A stretch of 64,000 bases of DNA from a virus (lineage: Duplodnaviria > Caudoviricetes): IMG/VR virus record IMGVR_UViG_3300032236_001024, positions 1 to 64,000 of that record; one strand, 5' to 3'. A program made the translations under genes and the position numbers. Positions 26,408-35,201 of the stretch are shown piece after piece. The notes beneath the pieces are model-generated. The model was not told where the DNA came from. It did no database searches and saw only the letters and a list, made by a program, of their open reading frames with translations. Every line of letters begins with the position of its first letter. Within the stretch, counting starts at the first letter, position 1.

Positions 26408-28464
26408 GGAACACCAGCCCCATAGTAATTTCCGTATAAGGCTCTGTCTATATGGGATGACTGTGGGGCTGTTTGTACTGCACCAGATACTCTTGCTGTC
26501 TGTGCTTGACCACCGCCACCACCACTATTATTTGTATTATTAATAATCACAGGTGCAAAAGGTGCAGCTTGTTCTACTGCCATTTTTGCAGACTGCTGAT
26601 TAAATACTTGCTCTCTACCAGATGGAGCCGCATTTACCATATTATCTTGTATAGCAAGAGCCATGTTTCTTGATGTTAATGGTATTCTTTCTTCTTGCGG
26701 ACGAGTTACTGGTGCAGGAGTATTCGTAGTTTCGCCGCCACCAAATATAGATTTGAATGCATTCTTCAGACTATCTGGTATAAATCCAGAAACTAAATCT
26801 ACTGCTTTGCTAGGCAATGATTTAAAGAAATTCCATACACCATTGATTAGAGAACTTACTGATTCGCTTATCTTTCCTGCAAGATCGAATGAAAGTATAT
26901 CATCAATTTCTTTTTTGAGATTGTCAAATACTGATAAAGCCTTGTCTTTTAATAAATTAAATGGCGATAGTACAATGTCGATGATTGAGAAACTGTCCCA
27001 CCAATCAGAAAATGATTTTACTGCATCGTTGAACTTATTAGTTATACTATCTTTTATTGTACCAAAGGTATTCAATATAGAATCAATTGGATGGAAATCA
27101 TTCCACCAATCAGAAAACGCTTTAGTCATATCAGTAAATTTTTGACTTATAGATTTGCCAATATCTTTTACACCATCCCATAAAAGTTTAAATCCATCTT
27201 CAATGACACTCCAACCGTCAGCAAAGAATTTACCTACATCTTTAGCAAAATTTACAATAGTAGTTCCAATATCTTTGATGCTTTGCCATAGAGATGCTGC
27301 TAGATCAACTACATAATTCCATGAATCAGAAGCTTTTTTAGCAACCAGTTTTCCAAAATCAACAAATGCTGTTCCAATATCTTTGATGCTTTGCCATAGG
27401 TATGCTGATAAATCTGTCACATAATCCCATGCTTTGGTTAATTTCTTTCCTGCCCATTCTCCAAATTCTTTGAGATGGGTTCCAAAATCAGATAGCCAGT
27501 CCGTCGCTGCATGGAACCATTCCACAAGTTTATCTGCAAGATTAAAATTATCTAACCATTCACTTAAATCTTTTGCTGTATCTTTAAACCCAAAGAAATT
27601 TAAGAGCATTACTCCAATTCTTCCTATACCTTTAAGAAGAACATCACCTATTGTTCCAATCATACGAACTATTGCATCTCCAATCTTACCTTCTGCAAGA
27701 TCACCAAATACTTTAGCAAGATTATCAAATAGTTTTGCCCAATCTTCACGTTCTAAGGCTAAGAATATACCAGCAAGAATACCAACTGGACCTAAAAATC
27801 TTACTGCAAAACGTGCAAGTCCCATAAGAACAGAACCAATTCCACTTATAAAATTGCCAATTGGTGCAAGAAAACCAAGAAGACCTTTAGCACCATCAAA
27901 AAGATTACTGAGAAATCCACCAGGTTTCTTTGTGTCTTCTTTATTATCATTGGCTGCTAAAGCTGGAATATTTGTTTTTGGTTTATTTGCTTCTCTAGCA
28001 TTCTCAATGCTTTGTAATGTCTGTTTTTCAACAAGTTCGTTTGCTTTTTCTAATATACTATTTTGTTTTTTAGCATAATCAACCAAATGATTAGTACCAT
28101 CCAAAATCTTTTGATTAACATCAATTAATTTTTGAAGAAGACTTTCCATAGGTTTAAATGAAGCAGCTGTTGCTTTATTTTGATCCGCAACACGTTGTGC
28201 TGCATTTACTGCATCATTTTTTCTTGGATCACGACCAAATGCTGGCATAATTGCTCCAAGACCAACAGAATCTAAAACATCAGCGGCAATATTTTTGGGT
28301 TTAAGCCTATCAATATCTGTAGCCTTCATAAATCCAGTTTTTATCGTATTGTATGTGCCTGCAGCAATCGCACCAGCAACACCACCAACTGCTTTAGTTG
28401 TGGAAACTGCTGCTGATCCAACTTTACCAGCTACTTTTTTTGTTAAATTACCTAAATCAGCCAT
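26404..28464 (-). CDS. gp29: Baseplate hub / tail length (tape measure) protein, gp29-like
   Basis: 686-aa helical protein with Trp-spaced amphipathic repeats (LWQSIKDIG twice); follows gp26 and gp51. Confidence 0.7.
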   Translation of the reverse strand: MADLGNLTKKVAGKVGSAAVSTTKAVGGVAGAIAAGTYNTIKTGFMKATDIDRLKPKNIAADVLDSVGLGAIMPAFGRDPRKNDAVNAAQRVADQNKATAASFKPMESLLQKLIDVNQKILDGTNHLVDYAKKQNSILEKANELVEKQTLQSIENAREANKPKTNIPALAANDNKEDTKKPGGFLSNLFDGAKGLLGFLAPIGNFISGIGSVLMGLARFAVRFLGPVGILAGIFLALEREDWAKLFDNLAKVFGDLAEGKIGDAIVRMIGTIGDVLLKGIGRIGVMLLNFFGFKDTAKDLSEWLDNFNLADKLVEWFHAATDWLSDFGTHLKEFGEWAGKKLTKAWDYVTDLSAYLWQSIKDIGTAFVDFGKLVAKKASDSWNYVVDLAASLWQSIKDIGTTIVNFAKDVGKFFADGWSVIEDGFKLLWDGVKDIGKSISQKFTDMTKAFSDWWNDFHPIDSILNTFGTIKDSITNKFNDAVKSFSDWWDSFSIIDIVLSPFNLLKDKALSVFDNLKKEIDDILSFDLAGKISESVSSLINGVWNFFKSLPSKAVDLVSGFIPDSLKNAFKSIFGGGETTNTPAPVTRPQEERIPLTSRNMALAIQDNMVNAAPSGREQVFNQQSAKMAVEQAAPFAPVIINNTNNSGGGGGQAQTARVSGAVQTAPQSSHIDRALYGNYYGAGVP

Positions 28465-28470
28465 TTGTTT

Positions 28471-28641
28471 TTATCTTTTGTTGTTTTCTTCTTGATCTTT
28501 TAGATGCCTTAATAATAATTCAACAAATAGGTCACGCTCATATGGGTACATATCATACACCTCTGTCAATGAGTATTTATGATGCTGGACCAAAGAGAAT
28601 AGTGTATTATAATAGACGGCAATATCATTATACCCCGTCAT
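28471..28641 (-). CDS. gp51: Baseplate hub assembly catalyst
   Basis: Not in the ORF track. MTGYNDIAVYYNTLFSLVQHHKYSLTEVYDMYPYERDLFVELL..., 56 aa, TAATG-coupled to gp26. Confidence 0.88.
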   Translation of the reverse strand: MTGYNDIAVYYNTLFSLVQHHKYSLTEVYDMYPYERDLFVELLLRHLKDQEENNKR

Positions 28642-29333
28642 TATGTAAAAAAACTATTGATTCCCTTTAGCACAACTTCCTTGATTTCACCGTTCTTATT
28701 CTTTAACTTTACTGTATGTTCGACTGAAGGCATAGTCTCAAAAAAATTTTGAATAGAATTCATGCTGTCCATTGGTAGAGTATTAATAAAATCCTGCAAT
28801 TCTTTCTCTGTATATTCTTCATATACAGTATCATCATCATAAATCTTATCGATACACTTGAGAAGCATAATGAATACTGCTTCATCCTTGCCAGCTTCTT
28901 CGACTGCCTTAATTTCTTGAAGGGTTGGATAGCGCATAACAACGCCAATATTATCAAAGAGATTGAACTTGTTGATGTGTCCTTCTGTTCTCTTAACTTC
29001 AATATCATCCAAGTTTATCTTGAACTTGATATTCTCATTATTATCAGGATCATTGTATTCAAGATCAACGATTTCACCAACAGACTTAGCTCTTAACTTG
29101 ATAAAAATGTATTCAATATCAAAGATTGCCAACTTTTCTACATCAATTGGTTCGATAATACAGTTCTGAATAACCTGTTTAACGGTGCTAATAATATCAT
29201 CTGTGTTTTCAGAACTCTTAGCCATGAGAAGAAGCTTCTCTTCTTGGACTGTAAATGGTCTGAAATTGACTCGTTTTTGTGTAGATGGTATAGTAATAGA
29301 ATGTGTAGGATGTTTAATTTTTGGTAGTGCCAT
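28641..29333 (-). CDS. gp26: Baseplate hub subunit
   Basis: MALPKI, FRPFTVQEEKLLLMA and DIEYIFIKLRAKSVGE. Confidence 0.92.
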   Translation of the reverse strand: MALPKIKHPTHSITIPSTQKRVNFRPFTVQEEKLLLMAKSSENTDDIISTVKQVIQNCIIEPIDVEKLAIFDIEYIFIKLRAKSVGEIVDLEYNDPDNNENIKFKINLDDIEVKRTEGHINKFNLFDNIGVVMRYPTLQEIKAVEEAGKDEAVFIMLLKCIDKIYDDDTVYEEYTEKELQDFINTLPMDSMNSIQNFFETMPSVEHTVKLKNKNGEIKEVVLKGINSFFT

Positions 29334-29354
29334 TTCATTTCACCTCATATTAAA

Positions 29355-30077
29355 TTAAAAATTAATAGTATTTCGACGTAGTGGAGTTGTTGTTCCAATT
29401 TGTTCTCTTACATTAGAAAGATTCGTATCAATTCTTGTTTGAAGAGAAGATGTTGTATTTGTTCTTGAGAAAGAATCAGGATTGATAGTTCCCTGATCTA
29501 ATGTCTCTGAAGTCCAATAAGTATATGTAAACGTAACTGGTATCTTTGTCAAGGTGTCTTGGCTATTCCAATCTACTGTTATTTCGCCAATGTTTATTGG
29601 ATATGCTTCTTGTAGCGATACGCTGAAGATTTTTTCTTCTGTTTCACCATATTGAACCAATTCAATTATACCAAAATAATCTTTTGGATAAGCAAAAGTA
29701 TATGGACCCAATCCATTATTTGTTGTCGAATCTTGAGAAGAATTTTTATTAAAGTTGAAAACTGATTGTAGCCATTTATGCATAAAAGATATTACAGCTC
29801 CATCGTTGTCACAAAAAAAGTTTAAAGTAACATCTTGGTATATTGTAGCGTAAGGTCTTTTTTCTATGTTTCCATAACCAGATGCTCTAATATCATCAGT
29901 TTGATATGCAATACCGGGAATAGATGCAGACTCACACATAAAAGATAGATTTTGAGCTTGTTTAGAATCAGATATTCCTTTTGGATAAGCACGAAAATAC
30001 GCCATAAATCTAGAAGCTTTCGCCAAACCTCCACTATTATTTACTGCAGATTTCATTTCATCTATGCTAAATGCCAT
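29355..30077 (-). CDS. gp54: Baseplate tail tube initiator (gp54-like, gp19 paralog)
   Basis: GGLAKASRF, CESASIPG, LQEAYPINIG and IPVTFTYTYW. Confidence 0.75.
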   Translation of the reverse strand: MAFSIDEMKSAVNNSGGLAKASRFMAYFRAYPKGISDSKQAQNLSFMCESASIPGIAYQTDDIRASGYGNIEKRPYATIYQDVTLNFFCDNDGAVISFMHKWLQSVFNFNKNSSQDSTTNNGLGPYTFAYPKDYFGIIELVQYGETEEKIFSVSLQEAYPINIGEITVDWNSQDTLTKIPVTFTYTYWTSETLDQGTINPDSFSRTNTTSSLQTRIDTNLSNVREQIGTTTPLRRNTINF

Positions 30078-30673
30078 TAGATTTTTCCTCTAGAATCTCT
30101 GAATACAATTTCTTTGTTTATTCTTGAACCATTCTTTTCGAATTGTTCGAATGGTATGAACAATGCGTAGTCCCATTCACTAGCAGGAATCATAAGAAAT
30201 TTTGTTTGGAGGTGAGAATATAGATATCTCTTGACACAAGGTCTGAAAAATCTGTATCTGGACGCACTATTTAAAATATCGTAGCTGATTTTTAGACGAG
30301 TTGTCTCGTCATATTTGTTATTATTTACCTTATCATACAATGCATCCATGAGTTTTGCTCTAAGAACAGGAGGAAGATAATGGAGATTGATTCCCATAAA
30401 TCCACCTTCTACCGCCTTGAATGGGAAAACTAAAGGATATCTGTCATAAAATGGTAGAGTGACCTTATGCTTTGGGTTGTACATGTATAGATACATGAAA
30501 CCAGGTCTCATAGAAGTTCTTAAATAATCTTTATTGTCCATCATGATATTGCGGACTTTTGAGTTGGCGTTTCTGAATTCGCCAAGCTTTCCTGCCATCC
30601 ACTTCCTTACTTGGTCAGCGGATCGTTTTTCGGCTGGTCTATTTGGGTCTATCTTGTCTGAGAAAAATGGCAT
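30077..30673 (-). CDS. gp2: DNA end protector protein
   Basis: YNPKHKVTLPFYDRYPLVFP, GINLHYLPP and CVKRYL. Confidence 0.92.
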   Translation of the reverse strand: MPFFSDKIDPNRPAEKRSADQVRKWMAGKLGEFRNANSKVRNIMMDNKDYLRTSMRPGFMYLYMYNPKHKVTLPFYDRYPLVFPFKAVEGGFMGINLHYLPPVLRAKLMDALYDKVNNNKYDETTRLKISYDILNSASRYRFFRPCVKRYLYSHLQTKFLMIPASEWDYALFIPFEQFEKNGSRINKEIVFRDSRGKI

Positions 30674-31116
30674 TACTTTTTACCGATCCCAAGTTCTTTT
30701 TCAGTCATTATTTTAAATATCCATTTCCTATCAGCACAATATTCTTGTGCTGCTTTCCATTTTGCTGAGTTTACAGCATATGTTTTTACTTCTGTGAGGT
30801 ACTTTTTTGTCATCTTTTTCTGAACTGTAGGAGCATTTACTTGGCATAATGGTTTGATTTCTACCAACATAGTATTTATGTTGTTCTCATTATCCCTAAC
30901 CTTTACCCAAAAATCAGGGAAATATCTATGAATTCTGTTGTCCATAGGGCTAACATAAGGAATAATGATCTCTTCTGATGACCAAGATAATACATTAGGA
31001 TGGGAATCTAAATGACGCATAAACTTAAGTTCCCACAGGCTCCTGTAAACAATATTTGTCGGATTTCCTTTGTATTTTTCTATATTATTGGGTCTAAATT
31101 TTCCTTTATAAGCCAT
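30673..31116 (-). CDS. gp4: Head completion nuclease
   Basis: YKGKFRPNNIEKYKGNPTNIVYRSLWE, HRYFPDF, LVEIKP and NSAKWKAA. Confidence 0.93.
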   Translation of the reverse strand: MAYKGKFRPNNIEKYKGNPTNIVYRSLWELKFMRHLDSHPNVLSWSSEEIIIPYVSPMDNRIHRYFPDFWVKVRDNENNINTMLVEIKPLCQVNAPTVQKKMTKKYLTEVKTYAVNSAKWKAAQEYCADRKWIFKIMTEKELGIGKK

Positions 31117-31128
31117 TAGTTCTCGCCA

Positions 31129-31136
31129 TATAAATA
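31129..31136 (+). promoter_or_regulatory. Late promoter TATAAATA for the baseplate operon
   Basis: Exact consensus upstream of the gp48-like gene. Confidence 0.85.
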
Positions 31137-31144
31137 ATGTTGTA

Positions 31145-31152
31145 TATTTATA
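31145..31152 (-). promoter_or_regulatory. Late promoter TATAAATA for the gp4 operon
   Basis: Exact consensus on the minus strand. Confidence 0.85.
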
Positions 31153-31161
31153 GAGGATACA

Positions 31162-31941
31162 ATGGCTGTAGAATTAAATTACCCAAAAGAAACATCTTCT
31201 TATAATTCTAGATTGGTATTTAGAAAATATGAAAGACCACGACCTAATTCTCCTGTAACTTCAACAACTGAAGCTACAATACGTTTACCCTTGCCTACAA
31301 CTCTTTCAGATCAGTTTAATATGCAAATTAGTGATGTTCAATTTGATATTTTAGGTAATTTTGGGTCCGCATCTGATATTGCAACTTCAGGTAAAACTAA
31401 ATTGGAACAATATGCTTCTGAAATACGTGGTGGAAGAGGAGCTATCAGTTTAATTAAAGAGATAACTATTGGTGCTGCAGCACTCATGCCGGGAATTTCT
31501 GACACAAAACTTGGTGCTCTTGCTAAATCAGAACTTGGTATAATAAGAAATCCTCACCACACAACACTTTTTGATGGCGTAAGATTAAAAACATATGCAT
31601 TTACATGGAAAATGTCTCCAAAATCTCAAGATGAAGCAAATACTTTAGAAGAAATAGTTAAAAATATTAAGGGATATATGCATCCAGCTATATCTGCTGC
31701 TGGATTCGCTCTTGATTATCCTTCTCTTGCTGAGTTGACATTTGAAGTTGGTGAAAATAAATTAGTTCCTAATGTAAAACCATCTTTCGTAACTTCGTTT
31801 ACAATTAATGGTTCTGCAGGTGGAACCCCAGCTTTTTATAGAGATGGAAAATCTACTATTGTAGAAATGAGTATAGCTTTTCAAGAAATTAACGTTCAAA
31901 CTAGAGAAGATTTTCTAGGCAGACCAGATACAACAGGATAA
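31162..31941 (+). CDS. gp48: Baseplate tail tube cap
   Basis: TIRLPLP and IRNPHHTTLFDGVRLKTYAFTWKMSPKSQDEA. Confidence 0.8.
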   Translation: MAVELNYPKETSSYNSRLVFRKYERPRPNSPVTSTTEATIRLPLPTTLSDQFNMQISDVQFDILGNFGSASDIATSGKTKLEQYASEIRGGRGAISLIKEITIGAAALMPGISDTKLGALAKSELGIIRNPHHTTLFDGVRLKTYAFTWKMSPKSQDEANTLEEIVKNIKGYMHPAISAAGFALDYPSLAELTFEVGENKLVPNVKPSFVTSFTINGSAGGTPAFYRDGKSTIVEMSIAFQEINVQTREDFLGRPDTTG

Positions 31942-31944
31942 TAA

Positions 31945-32505
31945 ATGTCTTCATTTAATTATTTTCCAAAAATAACATATAATAATTTGACCTGTATAAA
32001 TCTTTTATCTAAAATATCTATAATTAGAAATTATATGAATTCGCATGATAAATTTTATTCTTATGTTGTGAAAGAAGGCGAACGCCCAGATATTGTTGCC
32101 TATAAACAATATAAGGATTCGTCTTTGGATTGGATAATTTATATTACAAATGATATAATCGATCCTTATACCGGATGGGTTATGGACAGAACAGATTTTA
32201 TTAATTACTTGGAAGACAAATATAATGTAAAGGCAGAAAAACTAACTTCTGTTTCTATACCTTCATCAATTGCATACTATTATTACCAAGGATTGCCTTC
32301 TGATACTGAAGAAGAAATAGCTAGTTATAATTATACAATGACCGCAGAAACTTATGAAATGTTAGGAAGTCCTTCTGGATGGGCTGCGAAAAGCATTTAT
32401 GATTATGAGAATGAAAAAAACGAAGCAAAGAGAACAATAAAAATTCTCCGTCAAGGTTATATTAATGACTTCAAAAAACAATTTAAAGATTTAATTAATG
32501 GCTAA
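31945..32505 (+). CDS. gp53: Baseplate wedge subunit (LysM-like)
   Basis: YFPKITY, YVVKEGERPDIVAY, WIIYITN, YDYENEKNEAKRTIK. Confidence 0.9.
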   Translation: MSSFNYFPKITYNNLTCINLLSKISIIRNYMNSHDKFYSYVVKEGERPDIVAYKQYKDSSLDWIIYITNDIIDPYTGWVMDRTDFINYLEDKYNVKAEKLTSVSIPSSIAYYYYQGLPSDTEEEIASYNYTMTAETYEMLGSPSGWAAKSIYDYENEKNEAKRTIKILRQGYINDFKKQFKDLING

Positions 32506-33862
32506 TTTAAATCCCCTTGAAATAAGATTATCAAAAATTACCATCACAAAATTTGATGGTTCTGATAGACTTGATTTGATTCCTCAATTTGTCGAATTGT
32601 CTGTTTATCAATCCATATTTGAACCTGTGATGAGAGCAGAACTTCTATTGAATGATAACATTGGACTATTTGTTAACTATCCATTCACTGGTGAAGAAGT
32701 TTTAGATATAGAATATCAACAACTTACTGATATTGGTGCTGGCGAATTAGATTCAAAAAGTTTGCAATTTATCATTAAAGGAGTAAGAGAAACTACTTTA
32801 GATGATAGAGCAAGAGCCGTAATGTTTATTGTCGATCTTGTCAGTGTAGAATTTCTTCAAAACGTAAGAAAAATGGTATCACATGCCTACAACGATCTTG
32901 TAGAAAAGATGGCAGAACAAGTATACGACAATTATATCAAGGAAGACACTGATAACAAATTTAAAAAGACAAAAAAATTTACAAAAGAAGAATCTAAAAA
33001 AGTTAGAAGTTTGATTGTTCCTAATCTCAGACCATTTCAAGCTATTCAATGGTTGGCAAAACAAGCTGTGGCTAAAGATACTGATAAAAATTTTCTTTAT
33101 CTTTTTTATGAAGATAATGAAGGATTTAATTTTGTTACCATTCAAAAACTCATCGAAGATGCTCTGAAAGATGCTAAAAATATTGAGGCTGAAAAATACA
33201 AATATATTTCTGATCATGAAATCGAAGATTTGCAAAATGATGATCAGAAATACGCTTTAAAGTTAATTTCAAATATTATAAACAATAAACGTTTCTCGTC
33301 AATAGAAAAGATTGCTGGAGGTTATTTTCAAAATGAACTTTTTGAAATAAGTTTACTTCAAAAAAGTTATAATAGCACTCCTGCAGAACTTCAAAAAGAA
33401 GAATCTAAAGATAATCATTTGGGAGCATATCCACTCAATACGGATGGGTATATAGATTACGTTAAAAATCAAAAAGAAAAAACGGAATATTCAAATCGTA
33501 TTCGTTATTTAATTAATAATTATGAAGATTTGGAAGAAGGTAATAGAACACAACCTCAATATCGTTCAAAATTTGGTAATGCTACTAAATATCTATATGC
33601 TCTAAACCAATTAGATTACACCATTACTGTTCCTGCAAACATGAAATTGAAGGCTGGTCAGATAATTTATTGTGATATTCCAGAAATGCACGGATTTAAT
33701 GAAGTCAATCAAGACAAATATGTTTCTGGGTTTTTTATTATTACAGAAGTAAAACAAGTCATGAGTTTTGGAAATAAGGTGGCTACATCATTAAGAATAA
33801 ACAAAGACGGATATTTAAGCAAATTGGATAAAACTACTTACAACCTTGGAACAGCACAATAA
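32498..33862 (+). CDS. Baseplate hub protein (gp27-like)
   Basis: ELSVYQSIFEP, GEEVLDI, FLFYED-type motif and LKAGQII...SGFFIITEV; lies between gp53 and gp5. Confidence 0.7.
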   Translation: MANLNPLEIRLSKITITKFDGSDRLDLIPQFVELSVYQSIFEPVMRAELLLNDNIGLFVNYPFTGEEVLDIEYQQLTDIGAGELDSKSLQFIIKGVRETTLDDRARAVMFIVDLVSVEFLQNVRKMVSHAYNDLVEKMAEQVYDNYIKEDTDNKFKKTKKFTKEESKKVRSLIVPNLRPFQAIQWLAKQAVAKDTDKNFLYLFYEDNEGFNFVTIQKLIEDALKDAKNIEAEKYKYISDHEIEDLQNDDQKYALKLISNIINNKRFSSIEKIAGGYFQNELFEISLLQKSYNSTPAELQKEESKDNHLGAYPLNTDGYIDYVKNQKEKTEYSNRIRYLINNYEDLEEGNRTQPQYRSKFGNATKYLYALNQLDYTITVPANMKLKAGQIIYCDIPEMHGFNEVNQDKYVSGFFIITEVKQVMSFGNKVATSLRINKDGYLSKLDKTTYNLGTAQ

Positions 33863-34821
33863 TGATGATGGATGATTTTTATGGCGATAAATTTAGATGG
33901 TTTGTTGGCGTTGTCAAAGACATTGGCGACGACAGATCACGAGTACGTGTTAGAATATTTGGTATTCATCATACTGAAGATGTGACTAAAGTATCTGATG
34001 GCGATCTTCCTTGGGCTCTTGTTTTATATCCAACGACTGGCGGTCAGACAACTGCAGGGAATGCTAGTCATAATTTAATGCCGGGAGCTTGGGTAGTAGG
34101 GTTTTTCTGTGATGGAATTGATTCGCAACAGCCAATAGTGTTTGGAGTAATCAATGGTGGTATGGAATCAATAAACTCCTCACCAAAACAAAACACAAAT
34201 GTAAATCCATTGTCGCCAAATCAATCTTCTTCAACTCCTTCTTCTACCGTAAATGATTCTACAGGAAGTCCAACAACCACACAATTGAGTGGTGATAGTA
34301 ATGTCCAGAAAGTTTATAACTATTTTTGGGAAAAAATAAAGCAAGAAGGTAAAGTTACTGGCGATTTAAAATGTATTGTAGCTGCTATTTGTGGTAACTT
34401 ACAAGGAGAATCTGGGCAAAGTATTGACCCCCAAGCCTATAATGGTAACGACAAAGGCGAACCATCATATGGAATTGCTCAGTGGAGAGCAGGTAAATAT
34501 GATAGATATACTCCTTTATTAAAGTTTTGTGGGATAACTGCTGAAGTAAAACCACCCAATCTTCCTCCTCTTGAGAAGCAATTAGATTTTATGTGGCACG
34601 AACTACAAACATCAGAAAGATCAGCATATAATAAATTGATTACTTCCACGACTATTCAAGATGCTGTAGCTGGAATGATTTATTTTGAAAGAGATGATTC
34701 TTATAAAAAAATTAGTGGCGGATGGACTGTTGATAGAAAAGCTAGTAGTTACACTAGAAAATTAGAAAATGCAAGAAAAATACTTTCTTCTTTATCATTT
34801 ACAGGAACTCCTTCATCATGA
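33862..34821 (+). CDS. gp5: gp5 N-terminal OB-fold fused to a phage tail lysozyme domain
   Basis: FRWFVGVV, RVRVRIFGIH, LPWA, VVGFFCDG, followed by AAICGNLQGESG, YGIAQW and QLDFMWHEL. Confidence 0.88.
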   Translation: MMMDDFYGDKFRWFVGVVKDIGDDRSRVRVRIFGIHHTEDVTKVSDGDLPWALVLYPTTGGQTTAGNASHNLMPGAWVVGFFCDGIDSQQPIVFGVINGGMESINSSPKQNTNVNPLSPNQSSSTPSSTVNDSTGSPTTTQLSGDSNVQKVYNYFWEKIKQEGKVTGDLKCIVAAICGNLQGESGQSIDPQAYNGNDKGEPSYGIAQWRAGKYDRYTPLLKFCGITAEVKPPNLPPLEKQLDFMWHELQTSERSAYNKLITSTTIQDAVAGMIYFERDDSYKKISGGWTVDRKASSYTRKLENARKILSSLSFTGTPSS

Positions 34822-35198
34822 ATTTAATGTCAACTTCCGCTCTCACATTTTATAAAAATTTAACTTTTAATTTCTCGAATACATTGAGAAATGAGTCAAT
34901 AAATTTAGAAGACTATGCGTCTAGCGGATATGTAATAGATATTAATGGGGAAATATATTCATCTGGTTCAGTTGGGGGTGATTCAGCAACAGTCATTATT
35001 ATTGGTGGGTCTGATAGGTTTATCAATGAAAAAGCAAATAGACTTGAATCTACATTTTACATGAGTGAACCTCAAAAGCTAACTCTATATAAAGTTATAA
35101 GAGAACTTTCAATGAAAATTGATAGTGCAAATATAACCAGCGATAACGATAAATTGGAACAATCATTATGCGCTCTCTACAGAAATTATTGTGGGTAA
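34818..35198 (+). CDS. Degenerate Amidase_2/PGRP-like domain protein (tentative)
   Basis: GYVIDINGEIY...SATVIIIGG...MSEPQKLTLYKVI parallels the T7-lysozyme fold but lacks His ligands. Confidence 0.45.
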   Translation: MNLMSTSALTFYKNLTFNFSNTLRNESINLEDYASSGYVIDINGEIYSSGSVGGDSATVIIIGGSDRFINEKANRLESTFYMSEPQKLTLYKVIRELSMKIDSANITSDNDKLEQSLCALYRNYCG

Positions 35199-35201
35199 TA
35201 A

